From Candidatus Dojkabacteria bacterium (lineage in GTDB: Bacteria > Patescibacteriota > Dojkabacteria > B142 > WJKM01), in the NCBI GenBank assembly GCA_014729085.1, contig WJKM01000008.1, forward strand, positions 163 through 64,162: a stretch of DNA of 64,000 nucleotides, in the 5' to 3' direction. The translations under genes and the position numbers were made by a program. The notes beneath the pieces are model-generated. The model ran no database searches, was not told the origin of the DNA, and worked only from the letters and a program-made list of their open reading frames with translations. Of the stretch, positions 49,373-58,282 are shown piece by piece. Position 1 is the first letter of the stretch, and each line of letters starts with the position of its first letter.

Positions 49373-49831
49373 TTATGAAGAAGATTGAAAACCTGTAGTT
49401 TCTGGAGATCGATTCACAACTAACCAATATAGACCTACTTTTTTTACAACCTCAGAAAACTTGTCAAAATCTACCGGTTTTTGGATAAAACTGTTTGCAC
49501 CAAGTTCATACCCTTTTTCTATATCTGCTTGAAGATTAGAGGAAGTGAGTATGATAACAGGTATATTTTTTGTTTTAGGATTGTCTTTTATTAGCTTTAG
49601 AACCTCTAAACCATGTAGTTTGGGAAGTTTGAGATCAAGAAGAATTAATTTGGGATTTTCGTTTTTATTTCTATCTGAATATTGATTTTTACAAAATAAA
49701 AAGTCTAGCGCTTCTTCGCCATCACTAACTAAATGAATATTATTAGATATATGGTTGTTTCGGAGAGATAATAGTATTAATTCTGCATCATTTGGATCGT
49801 CTTCGATTAATAAAATTTCAACTGTGTTCAT
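49373..49831 (-). CDS. Single-domain response regulator (CheY/Rcp1-like REC only)
   Basis: ILLIEDDPNDAELI, the phospho-acceptor LILLDLKLPKLHGLEVLK, and T/K residues in ILTSS...QKP. Confidence 0.8.
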   Translation of the reverse strand: MNTVEILLIEDDPNDAELILLSLRNNHISNNIHLVSDGEEALDFLFCKNQYSDRNKNENPKLILLDLKLPKLHGLEVLKLIKDNPKTKNIPVIILTSSNLQADIEKGYELGANSFIQKPVDFDKFSEVVKKVGLYWLVVNRSPETTGFQSSS

Positions 49832-49902
49832 ATTGAATTCTTAAGATGTAGGCTATATTAAACATTGCATATTAAACAGAATGATCTGTGTGTCAACTTG
49901 AT

Positions 49903-50328
49903 TTATTTTTGCACAAGAGACCAATATAAACCTGCTTGTTTTACTGCTTCTGAGAACTGGGTAAAATCAAGAGGTTTTTGAATATAGCTATTTGCTCCTA
50001 GTTTATATCCATCAATCATATCTTTATCAAGTTCGGATGAAGTAAAAATCGCGACCGGAATATTTTTAGTATTATCATTTTCTCTGATATTTTTGAGGAC
50101 TTCTAAACCGTTAATTTTGGGAAGTTTAAGATCTAGCAGAATCAGTTGTGGTTTGTTCTCGTCAGTCCTATTTGAATATTTTCCTTGGCAATGCAGGAAA
50201 TCCAAGGCTTCCTGACCGTCAGTAACCAGATGAATTTTATTTAGAATATTATTTCGGCGCAGGGTTAGAAGAGCAAGTTCAGCATCATTTGCATCATCTT
50301 CAACTAATAATATTTCAATATTTTCCAT
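49903..50328 (-). CDS. Single-domain response regulator (REC only), paralog
   Basis: ILLVEDDANDAELA...LILLDLKLPKINGLEVLK...IFTSS...QKP. It is a paralog of 49373..49831. Confidence 0.8.
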   Translation of the reverse strand: MENIEILLVEDDANDAELALLTLRRNNILNKIHLVTDGQEALDFLHCQGKYSNRTDENKPQLILLDLKLPKINGLEVLKNIRENDNTKNIPVAIFTSSELDKDMIDGYKLGANSYIQKPLDFTQFSEAVKQAGLYWSLVQK

Positions 50329-50342
50329 GACTACAATTAAAA

Positions 50343-52811
50343 TTACAAGTTAAACTTAATATAGAAAGTCGCCCCTTTACCGGGTTTTCCGACGGCTTTT
50401 ATACTACCATTATGTTTTTCAATAATTCGTTTCACTGTAGCAAGGCCTATGCCAATACCTTCAAAATCTTTTGCTTTATGCAATCTCTGGAAAATACCAA
50501 AGAGTTGATTTTGGTATTTCATATCGAAACCTGCTCCATTATCTTTGATATAGAAACCGGTTTCATTTTGTTTTAAAGGTCCTATCTCAATCTTAGCATT
50601 TTCTGTATTGCTTGTATATTTGATTGCATTGGAGATTAGGTTACGAAATACTGTTGTCATTAATATCTCATCACATTCTAAAGTAGGTAGTTCATGTATT
50701 ATTACTTTAATTTCGTATTCGGAAATTTCATCTTCAAATTCAGATACTACTTGAGTTACTATTTCGTTAAGATCAAGCTTGGTGAGAGTAAGCGCTTTTC
50801 TTCCAATTCTAGATAGATCGAGCAATCCATCAATTAGTTTATTCATCTTTGTTATGCCATTAATAATTTTTTCAAAATATGTTTTAGCTTTGTTAGGCAA
50901 TTTATCTTTATATTCAGTATTTATTATTTGCGAAAAACCCCCTATATGTCTCAGTGGGGCTCTTAAATCATGTGATACAGAGTAGGTAAAAGCTTCAAGC
51001 TCCTCATTTGCAATTTTTAATTCCTTGGTTCTTTTACGAACCCTTTCGTCTAACTCCTTACTTAGTTTTCTATATTTTGATTCACTCAATTTCAGCTCTT
51101 TAGATGCTGTTTTTAGTTCAACAATATTTCCTATTATTTCAGAAATAGTGGTTGTTAGATTGATTGCATTGTCCGAAAATAGGTTACTATTCTTATTATC
51201 TTGTTTCGTAAGTCTGGAAAGTTCAAGTTTACCTATTATTTTGTCATTCGAACTAATAGTATGAGATATTGAATTCTCACTCTCTGAATAATTTCTAGAT
51301 AAATAGGCCTGGTTATTTACTATTATGCGTGCTGTGATTTGATCATTATTTACTGAAATTTTTGGAATTATATCCGCAATTTTTTGAATAGTCTCATTGA
51401 TTGTAAGGTCAGTTTTTTGAAGAAGTTTAGTAATATTATATAGGCAATTCAGTTCTCTAACCCGCTGGAATAATTCTTGAGTCCGCTTTTCAAGGTTTTC
51501 TTTCAATTGTTGTTCTTCGGTTACATCTTTATAAATAGCTACTATTTCTCCGGTAGATAATTTATATACATAATTATCTCTCCATCCAGCTATTCTTTTA
51601 TCTTTATACATTTTTAAGGGAAAGTGTTTGGGTTTTCCAGTTTCCCATACTTTTTGAAAAACTTCAAAAAGTCCGAATTTTTTTATACTTGGGAATATTT
51701 GTAAAACGCTTTTGCCAATTATGTCTTCTCGTTTAATTTTTTCAGTTTTTTCTGCTGCTTTATTAAAATCTTTAAAGATAAAGTCACTTCCATTATCTCT
51801 AGCCTCATATATTGCTACACAGTTGCTCATATTATCAAATAGTTCTTTAAATTTTTGTTCTGTTAAAAGTAGTTTTTCTGAGGTTTCCTTTTCGAAAGTT
51901 ATATCTCTTATAATTAACGTAAAATAGATTTCGTTTTCAAATGTATATTTACTTGGAGAAATTTCAATATTAATTATTCTTCCATATCTATCCTTACCGT
52001 ATAATCTGCTTACATTATTCTTATTTTTTATATTAGTAATTATGTTTTGAAATTTAGTTTTATTTAGCAATATTTTGGATATGTGTTTATCTAAGAGTTC
52101 GGATTCATTGTAATTAAAGATTTTTTTTGCTGCTTCGTTTAAGGATTTGATTTTAAAAGAAGAGTCGATAGAAATAATTGCTTCATTAACATTTTCTATC
52201 ACTGAATTTACGAAGTTTTCGTGTTTAGTAAATTGCTTAACTCGAATATTATTTAATGTATTTGTATTCCATTTGTATATAAGAGTAATGATGACAATGA
52301 TACTAATAAAACTAAAAATTCCATAAAAAATATCCTCTAGGGTTAAGTTTGGATGAATATATGAATATAAAGGCAGAGTTAATAAAAAAAGTAGATATGT
52401 AAAAGACAATCTTTTGATATCCTGAAATATACAGGAAATTAATACTGGTACTGCTAGAAAAGTCAACATATCTGGTAAATCTAGTCCTATATATAAAATT
52501 AGTAGAAATAAAATCCAGACTAAAATCGTGGATCCCCAGAAAATATAATTTTTTTTACTTAAAATAAAAATAATAAATAAAATAAGAATTATTAGTAAAT
52601 TTTTATCTAATAATCTAAAACTGTAGGGATTAAATATATGAGAGGATATTGTAGATAAAATTAAGAAAGACATTAATGTAAAGGACGTAAGGCTTAAGAT
52701 TTGAGATTGACGACGTAATTTAGGATCAGGAATTGTTTTAGAAGGTTTAATAATAAACTTTTTAAATTTATTAATAAATCTGAGGATTGAATTTTTAAAT
52801 TTATCCTCCAT
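50343..52811 (-). CDS. Sensor histidine kinase with polytopic N-terminal sensor, PAS domains, HisKA and HATPase_c
   Basis: About 6 TM helices and two PAS-like regions. The H-box is SHDLRAPLRHI. The HATPase N-box is NLISNAIKY and the G-boxes are KDNGAGF / GIGIGLATV. Confidence 0.8.
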   Translation of the reverse strand: MEDKFKNSILRFINKFKKFIIKPSKTIPDPKLRRQSQILSLTSFTLMSFLILSTISSHIFNPYSFRLLDKNLLIILILFIIFILSKKNYIFWGSTILVWILFLLILYIGLDLPDMLTFLAVPVLISCIFQDIKRLSFTYLLFLLTLPLYSYIHPNLTLEDIFYGIFSFISIIVIITLIYKWNTNTLNNIRVKQFTKHENFVNSVIENVNEAIISIDSSFKIKSLNEAAKKIFNYNESELLDKHISKILLNKTKFQNIITNIKNKNNVSRLYGKDRYGRIINIEISPSKYTFENEIYFTLIIRDITFEKETSEKLLLTEQKFKELFDNMSNCVAIYEARDNGSDFIFKDFNKAAEKTEKIKREDIIGKSVLQIFPSIKKFGLFEVFQKVWETGKPKHFPLKMYKDKRIAGWRDNYVYKLSTGEIVAIYKDVTEEQQLKENLEKRTQELFQRVRELNCLYNITKLLQKTDLTINETIQKIADIIPKISVNNDQITARIIVNNQAYLSRNYSESENSISHTISSNDKIIGKLELSRLTKQDNKNSNLFSDNAINLTTTISEIIGNIVELKTASKELKLSESKYRKLSKELDERVRKRTKELKIANEELEAFTYSVSHDLRAPLRHIGGFSQIINTEYKDKLPNKAKTYFEKIINGITKMNKLIDGLLDLSRIGRKALTLTKLDLNEIVTQVVSEFEDEISEYEIKVIIHELPTLECDEILMTTVFRNLISNAIKYTSNTENAKIEIGPLKQNETGFYIKDNGAGFDMKYQNQLFGIFQRLHKAKDFEGIGIGLATVKRIIEKHNGSIKAVGKPGKGATFYIKFNL

Positions 52812-52880
52812 ATAAATATTTAAGATTGAAAAATATATTTCATTTTAGCCTAATACTAATTTCATGAAAAGCTATAAATA

Positions 52881-52952
52881 AGCTGGCTATGAGATTTGAA
52901 CTCATAACCTTTCCCTTACGAAGGGAATGCTCTACCATTGAGCTAAGCCAGC
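52881..52952 (-). tRNA. tRNA-Thr (anticodon CGU)
   Basis: Minus strand: GCTGGCT-TA-GCTC-AATGGTA-GAGC-A-TTCCC-TTCGTAA-GGGAA-AGGTT-ATGAG-TTCAAAT-CTCAT-AGCCAGC-T. All four stems pair perfectly. The T-loop is TTCAAAT and the anticodon loop has CGT at positions 34-36. No CCA is encoded. Confidence 0.8.
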
Positions 52953-52998
52953 ATTTGTTGAAAATCTATTTTAATAACTAATGGGGTTTATCGTTATT

Positions 52999-53037
52999 TT
53001 CATGTCATCTAAGAATAATATCTAAGATGACATGAAA
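52999..53037. repeat. Perfect 11-bp inverted repeat (TTCATGTCATC ... GATGACATGAA) with 17-nt loop, between tRNA-Thr and the zinc-ribbon gene
   Basis: Read directly: 52999-53009 is the exact reverse complement of 53027-53037. It lies 13 nt downstream of the stop of 53051..53242 (minus) and 47 nt upstream of the tRNA 5' end. Confidence 0.5.
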
Positions 53038-53050
53038 TATGTGGAATAAT

Positions 53051-53242
53051 TTATTTTTCTTCCTCAAGCATTTCTAATGTAAAATTTTCACTCTCATCTT
53101 GATCAATTAGGGTGTATTCGATACCGCAAAATTCACATTCTACTATATCTTTGATTTTTTTTTCTTCAGAAATGGTATTTTCATTTTTACATTCATCACA
53201 GACGTAATTATTTCCATTTGATTTGATTTGAACTTCATCCAT
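53051..53242 (-). CDS. Small zinc-ribbon protein with acidic C-terminal tail (LysW/amino-group-carrier-like architecture)
   Basis: 63 aa with CDEC and CEFC (two CxxC pairs, 18 residues apart), then the acidic tail TLIDQDESENFTLEMLEEEK. It is divergent from the PLP/ATP-grasp genes. Confidence 0.45.
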   Translation of the reverse strand: MDEVQIKSNGNNYVCDECKNENTISEEKKIKDIVECEFCGIEYTLIDQDESENFTLEMLEEEK

Positions 53243-53368
53243 ATTGCTGATAAGTTTGTAATATATTAAATAGTAATGAGTTATATAGACAGTAACTTAA
53301 ATATTATACACAATAGTATAATATCATTATTTTAGATCAATTTAGTTTATACAATTATATAACATTTT

Positions 53369-54295
53369 ATGTTCAAGAAAGGAATTTGGACCTACAGTCA
53401 AATATCTGAGCTTATAGAACCTAAATATCATATTTCTTTGGGGGAAGGCGGAACTGGTATTAATGAAATTAGTTTTGAAGATCAAAAGGTATGCCTTAAA
53501 AGAGAAGATAAAAATCCAAATCAGTCATTTAAGGATAGAAGCTTGGTCTTTCAAATTGCTTTTTATTTACAGCAAGGAAAAAAACGTTTTGTAATTAGTT
53601 CTTCTGGGAATGCCGCAATAAGTGCTCTTTCCTGTTGTCAAAAGTATAATCTAGAACTTGATATATTCGTATCTAACAAAATTGAAGATTATAAATTGAA
53701 AAAAATAACTGATATTATAGATATAAAATTTGTTCATAAATCAAAGAGGCCAAAATCCGATGCAATGAAGTTTTCGAGGAAAACTGGAGCTGTTAACTTA
53801 AGAGGTTCCAAGGATGAAAAGGCGGTAATTGGTTTTCAAACAATTGCCTTCGAACTTATTAAGCAGATGCCAAATGCCGATGCTGTATTCATCTGTTGTA
53901 GTTCGGGTACAAGTACTGTAGGCATTTGGCAGGGTTATCAAGTATATAATTTTGAGGGTATATATCCACAAATTCATATTGTCCAAACAAGTAAAATTCA
54001 TCCAATAGCAAAAGAGTTTGATACTGATTTTAAGATTACCAAATCATCATTAGCAGGAGCTGTTTGTGACCGTGTTGCACACAGAAAATTACAAGTATTG
54101 GAGATTATTAGAGAATCAAATGGATCGGGTTGGGTTGTTAGTGATCAAGAATTAATAATTGTAAAAAAAAATCTAAGTGCAAAGGGAATAGAGATTGAAG
54201 GATATAATGCATATGTTTCATTTGCAGGGTTACAAAAAGCATTAAAAAACGGATTCCAGTTTGATAATCCTGTTTGTATTATTTCGGGTATTTAA
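53369..54295 (+). CDS. PLP-dependent fold-type II enzyme, cysteine-synthase/SbnA/threonine-synthase-like (beta-replacement family)
   Basis: The PLP-lysine motif is LKREDKNPNQSFKDRS. GNAAISALSCC and the glycine loop CCSSGTSTVG match OASS-family positions. At 308 aa it has OASS-like size. Confidence 0.6.
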   Translation: MFKKGIWTYSQISELIEPKYHISLGEGGTGINEISFEDQKVCLKREDKNPNQSFKDRSLVFQIAFYLQQGKKRFVISSSGNAAISALSCCQKYNLELDIFVSNKIEDYKLKKITDIIDIKFVHKSKRPKSDAMKFSRKTGAVNLRGSKDEKAVIGFQTIAFELIKQMPNADAVFICCSSGTSTVGIWQGYQVYNFEGIYPQIHIVQTSKIHPIAKEFDTDFKITKSSLAGAVCDRVAHRKLQVLEIIRESNGSGWVVSDQELIIVKKNLSAKGIEIEGYNAYVSFAGLQKALKNGFQFDNPVCIISGI

Positions 54296-54378
54296 TCCGG
54301 TTATTCAAGAAGAAAAGTTTGCGAGCTAACGATTTTACTAATTCCTCACAGCTTGCTACAGGGTAGTTTATTTTATAA

Positions 54379-55770
54379 TTGAAATTTATGGATGATCTAA
54401 ATTCGATAGTAAAAAAGATCAATAATAAGATAGGGACACGGGACTATTTCTATATTAGTAATGAAGTGGAACATGGTTTAGGATTAGCAGATTTAATACA
54501 TAACTTTAAATCAGTCTGCCTGAATTACGTTGATATAGTAGATTATCTTTATGAGGATAAGAGGGATATATTCTGTTTATTACAGCACAATCAAAAGACA
54601 AAAGTTAGGACATCAGCAGGTTTATTATCCTATTTAACTAGCAATCCTCTACCCTCCTTAATTCATGACTGGAATTTCAATGGTGCATGTTTCCAGACAT
54701 TTAAGATATCTCCTAAGTTTGAAAATTTAGTTTCTGATCTGGGTGGTGTTTTAGTAAATACACCTGCAAGGTTAAATCGTTTGTTTGAATTAAAGATAAG
54801 TCAATCTAGATTACTGGGTAAGGGCAAGATTAATATTCCCAAAACATATATTGGCGTTTTAGGAAAGTTTGATTATGACGATTTGGTAAACAAATTAGGA
54901 AGTAATTTTGTAATTCAATATAATAGAGGCCATACTGGGCAAGGGACAAAGTTTATCAAATCCCAAAAGGCTTTTAATGAAATAAAGGACTTATTTCCCA
55001 AACGTGAAGTGAGAGTCTTAGAGTATATTAAAGGACAAACATATTCTATAAATTGCTGTATGGGCAAGAATAGAATTTTTATAGGAGGTATTTATAAACA
55101 AATTACAGGAATACCTGAATTAACTTCTAAAAAGGGAGCGACAGTTGGGGGAACATGGAATCATGGCCTTCCCGAAGAAATTTTAGAAAAACTAAAGATT
55201 GAAATTTCTAAATTAGAGATTTTATTCAAACAAAATAATTATTTAGGATTGTTTGGATTTGATTTTATTTATAATTCCGAAAATCAAGAGGTAAAAATAA
55301 TTGAAATAAATGCCAGACAACAAATGACTGTTGCATTTAATTCACAGATAAATTTGCTTCAAGGATTAATACCTCTCAATTTACTGCATATTGTACAGAT
55401 TTTAAATGTAGATATAGATGTGGATATTGATGAGTACAATAAAATAGGAATGGAAGAGATTGATGCAGGGCAGCTATATTTTAGAAATCAAGCAGATATA
55501 AGCACAGATATAAAAAAAGAGATAAGAACAGGTGAATACAAACCTCAAATAGATAGTTTTGATCATGATTCTATAATAAAACAAACTTATAAAATAAAAG
55601 AAATATCTGAAGAAAATGTCTTGTTGTATACTAGAAAATACCAAGAAGAAATTTCCCCAGGCCATGAAGTAGCTAGAATTCAAGTAAAAAATAACTTATT
55701 CGATAAATCGGGAAAATTAGATACTAAATATGTAAAGTTTGTTTCACAAGTTGGTAACAGTTGTATATAA
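54379..55770 (+). CDS. ATP-grasp superfamily ligase
   Basis: Motifs FVIQYNRGHTGQGTKFI (Gly-rich ATP loop), RVLEYIKG and GLFGFDFIYNSENQEVKIIEINARQQ (compare E-x-N motif of RimK/LysX). Confidence 0.6.
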   Translation: MKFMDDLNSIVKKINNKIGTRDYFYISNEVEHGLGLADLIHNFKSVCLNYVDIVDYLYEDKRDIFCLLQHNQKTKVRTSAGLLSYLTSNPLPSLIHDWNFNGACFQTFKISPKFENLVSDLGGVLVNTPARLNRLFELKISQSRLLGKGKINIPKTYIGVLGKFDYDDLVNKLGSNFVIQYNRGHTGQGTKFIKSQKAFNEIKDLFPKREVRVLEYIKGQTYSINCCMGKNRIFIGGIYKQITGIPELTSKKGATVGGTWNHGLPEEILEKLKIEISKLEILFKQNNYLGLFGFDFIYNSENQEVKIIEINARQQMTVAFNSQINLLQGLIPLNLLHIVQILNVDIDVDIDEYNKIGMEEIDAGQLYFRNQADISTDIKKEIRTGEYKPQIDSFDHDSIIKQTYKIKEISEENVLLYTRKYQEEISPGHEVARIQVKNNLFDKSGKLDTKYVKFVSQVGNSCI

Positions 55771-55787
55771 ATTAATTGATACAGTAA

Positions 55788-56561
55788 ATGCAAAAGATAC
55801 CTAAATTGCTACAAAAACAAATTGATAAGTATTTTAACCTCCAAATTGGGAGTAAATCGGTAGTTTGTCCTTATTATATTAATCCAAAAGTAATGGTTGG
55901 TAATTTGCGGGTTATGGCAGGTAAAGGAAGTCCGAGAGAAATTGAGCATGAGACAAAAGTATGGGCAAAAGTGAAAGGCTTTGATCTTAAGAAAGCAACT
56001 TCTAAAGAAATTAGAAAATTTATGATTGAAACACATATTGGTATAGATTGCTCAGGATTCATTTCTCAAGTCCTTTCTTTGTATTTGAAGGAAAATAATT
56101 TACCCCCTTTAATCAAACTATTAAAATTCAAGAATAATAATCTCGGTAGTAAAATAAGAAGGTTTCTTAGGCCTATCGAAAATATTGGGGCCAAGACCTT
56201 GACATCCAAGGCAAATACAGTAGAAATAAAAGATTTAAACGATATTTCTGCAGGAGACTTAATTAGAGCTAAAGGAAAACAAAGAAATGCATTTCATGTA
56301 GCAATGATTGTTGAAGTAAAGAGGAATTCGGCAGGTGAGATTCAAATTTTTGAATATGTTAATTCGCATAGATATTATGAGGATCAAAACGGTGTTAGGT
56401 ATGGAAAAGTAGAAATAACTGATCCTGATGGCGAGTTGAAAAAACAGAATTGGTTAGATGAGTTGAATGGGAGAAATTATTTTTTGGAGGATTTATTAGT
56501 GGATTACGAAGATAACGGAATTAGGAGGTTAAGATTTGCAGACGAGATAGGACTGTATTAG
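55788..56561 (+). CDS. NlpC/P60-like (papain-fold) cysteine hydrolase/amidase
   Basis: The catalytic Cys is in HIGIDCSGFISQVL. The downstream segment GDLIRAKGK...NAFHVAMIVEV supplies the His, in the C40-family order. Confidence 0.45.
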   Translation: MQKIPKLLQKQIDKYFNLQIGSKSVVCPYYINPKVMVGNLRVMAGKGSPREIEHETKVWAKVKGFDLKKATSKEIRKFMIETHIGIDCSGFISQVLSLYLKENNLPPLIKLLKFKNNNLGSKIRRFLRPIENIGAKTLTSKANTVEIKDLNDISAGDLIRAKGKQRNAFHVAMIVEVKRNSAGEIQIFEYVNSHRYYEDQNGVRYGKVEITDPDGELKKQNWLDELNGRNYFLEDLLVDYEDNGIRRLRFADEIGLY

Positions 56562-56841
56562 AAAAATATTGATTATCAAAGTTGCAGCAATGCTAGTAAG
56601 AAGATATACCCAAAATAGTTTGCCTAGCGTTGCCAAACAAATTAATTGATTAAAACTCCAAATTTATATAATAACTTGATTAATTAAAGCTTTATTTAAA
56701 ATTTGATTAAAATAAAGCTATTAATTGCAACACGTTTATGTTGTCTCTCTTTAAAGTTCTTTCTTCTGAGGTTAGAATCCTACAAAAATATGGTAAAAAC
56801 TTAGAATCTAATTGAAATAATTTTATTCTCATTAAAAATCT

Positions 56842-56868
56842 TTAGCACTTGACGTTTTGGACTGCTAA
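56842..56868. promoter_or_regulatory. CIRCE operator (HrcA binding site) overlapping a sigma70-like promoter of hrcA-grpE
   Basis: TTAGCACTT-N9-GACTGCTAA has one mismatch per arm against the consensus TTAGCACTC-N9-GAGTGCTAA. The -35 TTGACG is at 56849-56854; a 17-bp spacer precedes the -10 TATATT at 56872-56877. Confidence 0.7.
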
Positions 56869-56892
56869 TGATATATTTTGTTTGTATTTTAG

Positions 56893-57648
56893 TTGCAATT
56901 TTCTATGAACGATATTGAATTAACACAAAGACAAATAAAGCTTTTGAAAGCTATTTTGAGTGAATTTATGGATACAGCTGAAGCTGTCGGGTCTTCTCAT
57001 CTACCTACTAAATATAATATTAAAGTTAGTCCAGCAACCATAAGAAATGAAATGATGCAACTTGGCAATATGGGATTATTAAGTAAAAGCCATGTTTCTT
57101 CCGGACGAAAACCAACTTCAAGAGCTTTTAGGTTTTTTATTGATGAATTATTGGATGACTTAGAAGAGATTAAAGGAGAAAGAGAAGCGAAAATACGAGA
57201 AACTATATTTCAACATCGCTTTAGTGTTGATAGGCTTTTATATGAAGCAGTTAGAAAGCTAAACGAAATTACTAACAATATATCCATAGCTGTTTTTGAA
57301 GATAGGGTTTATCATTCTGGAATTTGTGAGCTTGTAAACTACCCTGAATATCAGCAACATAGACGGTTGAAAAGCTTATTACAAGTGCTAGAAGATGTAC
57401 AAACTTTAACTGATTTATTCCAAAAGCACGCTCAGGAAGATAATGATGTTTATATATTAATTGGAAAAGATGACACTGGACTAAGTTCATTTGAAAGAAC
57501 TTCAATTGTCTTTGGCAAACTTTATTTACATGGAAACCAGGTAGGTTATTTAGCTGTAATTGGTCCTGACAGAATAGATTATTCTCAAGTTATCCCATCA
57601 GTCAAATGGATGATTAAAACTGTCAATAAAAGTGTTCAAGGATGGTAA
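56893..57648 (+). CDS. hrcA: Heat-inducible transcription repressor HrcA
   Basis: N-terminal wHTH region IRNEMMQLGNMGLLSKSHVSSGRKPT and HrcA-like length. The track start at 56893 is TTG; the first ATG is 56905. Confidence 0.85.
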   Translation: MQFSMNDIELTQRQIKLLKAILSEFMDTAEAVGSSHLPTKYNIKVSPATIRNEMMQLGNMGLLSKSHVSSGRKPTSRAFRFFIDELLDDLEEIKGEREAKIRETIFQHRFSVDRLLYEAVRKLNEITNNISIAVFEDRVYHSGICELVNYPEYQQHRRLKSLLQVLEDVQTLTDLFQKHAQEDNDVYILIGKDDTGLSSFERTSIVFGKLYLHGNQVGYLAVIGPDRIDYSQVIPSVKWMIKTVNKSVQGW

Positions 57649-57694
57649 TTCTTCTTTTTAAATAACCAATAGATTAACTATTAAGTAAATATTT

Positions 57695-58261
57695 ATGTCT
57701 AAAAAACAAAAGGAAAAGTCAAATAAAAAAGAACAAAAAAAATCAGTCAAAAAAGATAAGGATCAAAAGGATGTAAGTAAAAAAGTTGATAATAAAAACT
57801 TAGAAGAAAAAATTAAAGATTTGGAAGAAAGACTGCAGGAAGAAAAAGAAAGTAGACTTGTTGCACTAGCAGATTTTGAAAACTATAAGAAGAGAGTTCA
57901 AGCTGAAAAGGAACAGCTTAATCTTCTTGCAAATGCGACAGTATTAAATCTTGTTCTCGAAGTACTTGATGATCTCCAAAGAGCAATGCAGGATATGGAG
58001 GAAGTTCCAGCAGGTTTGTCAATGATTGAGGGTAAGATTACTAATCTTTTAGAAGAACAAGGCTTAGAACAAATCAATGTAGAAGAAGGGGATGAATTCG
58101 ACCCCAAATTAATGGAGGCTCTTGGAACCGTAACTGTTGAAGATAAAGAGAAAGATGGAAAAGTAATTCATTTAGAAAGAAAAGGATATAAATTTAAAGA
58201 TAAAGATATAATTGTGAGAGGAGCGAGGGTGATTGTTGGAAAAAAAGAAACGAAATCTTAA
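57695..58261 (+). CDS. grpE: Nucleotide exchange factor GrpE
   Basis: Lys-rich N-terminus, coiled coil, ALADFENYKKRVQAEKEQ and a C-terminal beta-domain. Confidence 0.85.
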   Translation: MSKKQKEKSNKKEQKKSVKKDKDQKDVSKKVDNKNLEEKIKDLEERLQEEKESRLVALADFENYKKRVQAEKEQLNLLANATVLNLVLEVLDDLQRAMQDMEEVPAGLSMIEGKITNLLEEQGLEQINVEEGDEFDPKLMEALGTVTVEDKEKDGKVIHLERKGYKFKDKDIIVRGARVIVGKKETKS

Positions 58262-58282
58262 TTTAATTAATCCATTTGACTT

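Noticed and set aside
56620-56760. AT-rich imperfect inverted repeat TTAATTAAAGCTTTATTT...AAATAAAGCTATTAATT upstream of hrcA
   Set aside because: In 30% GC DNA such AT palindromes arise by chance. The arms have mismatches and there is no supporting context.
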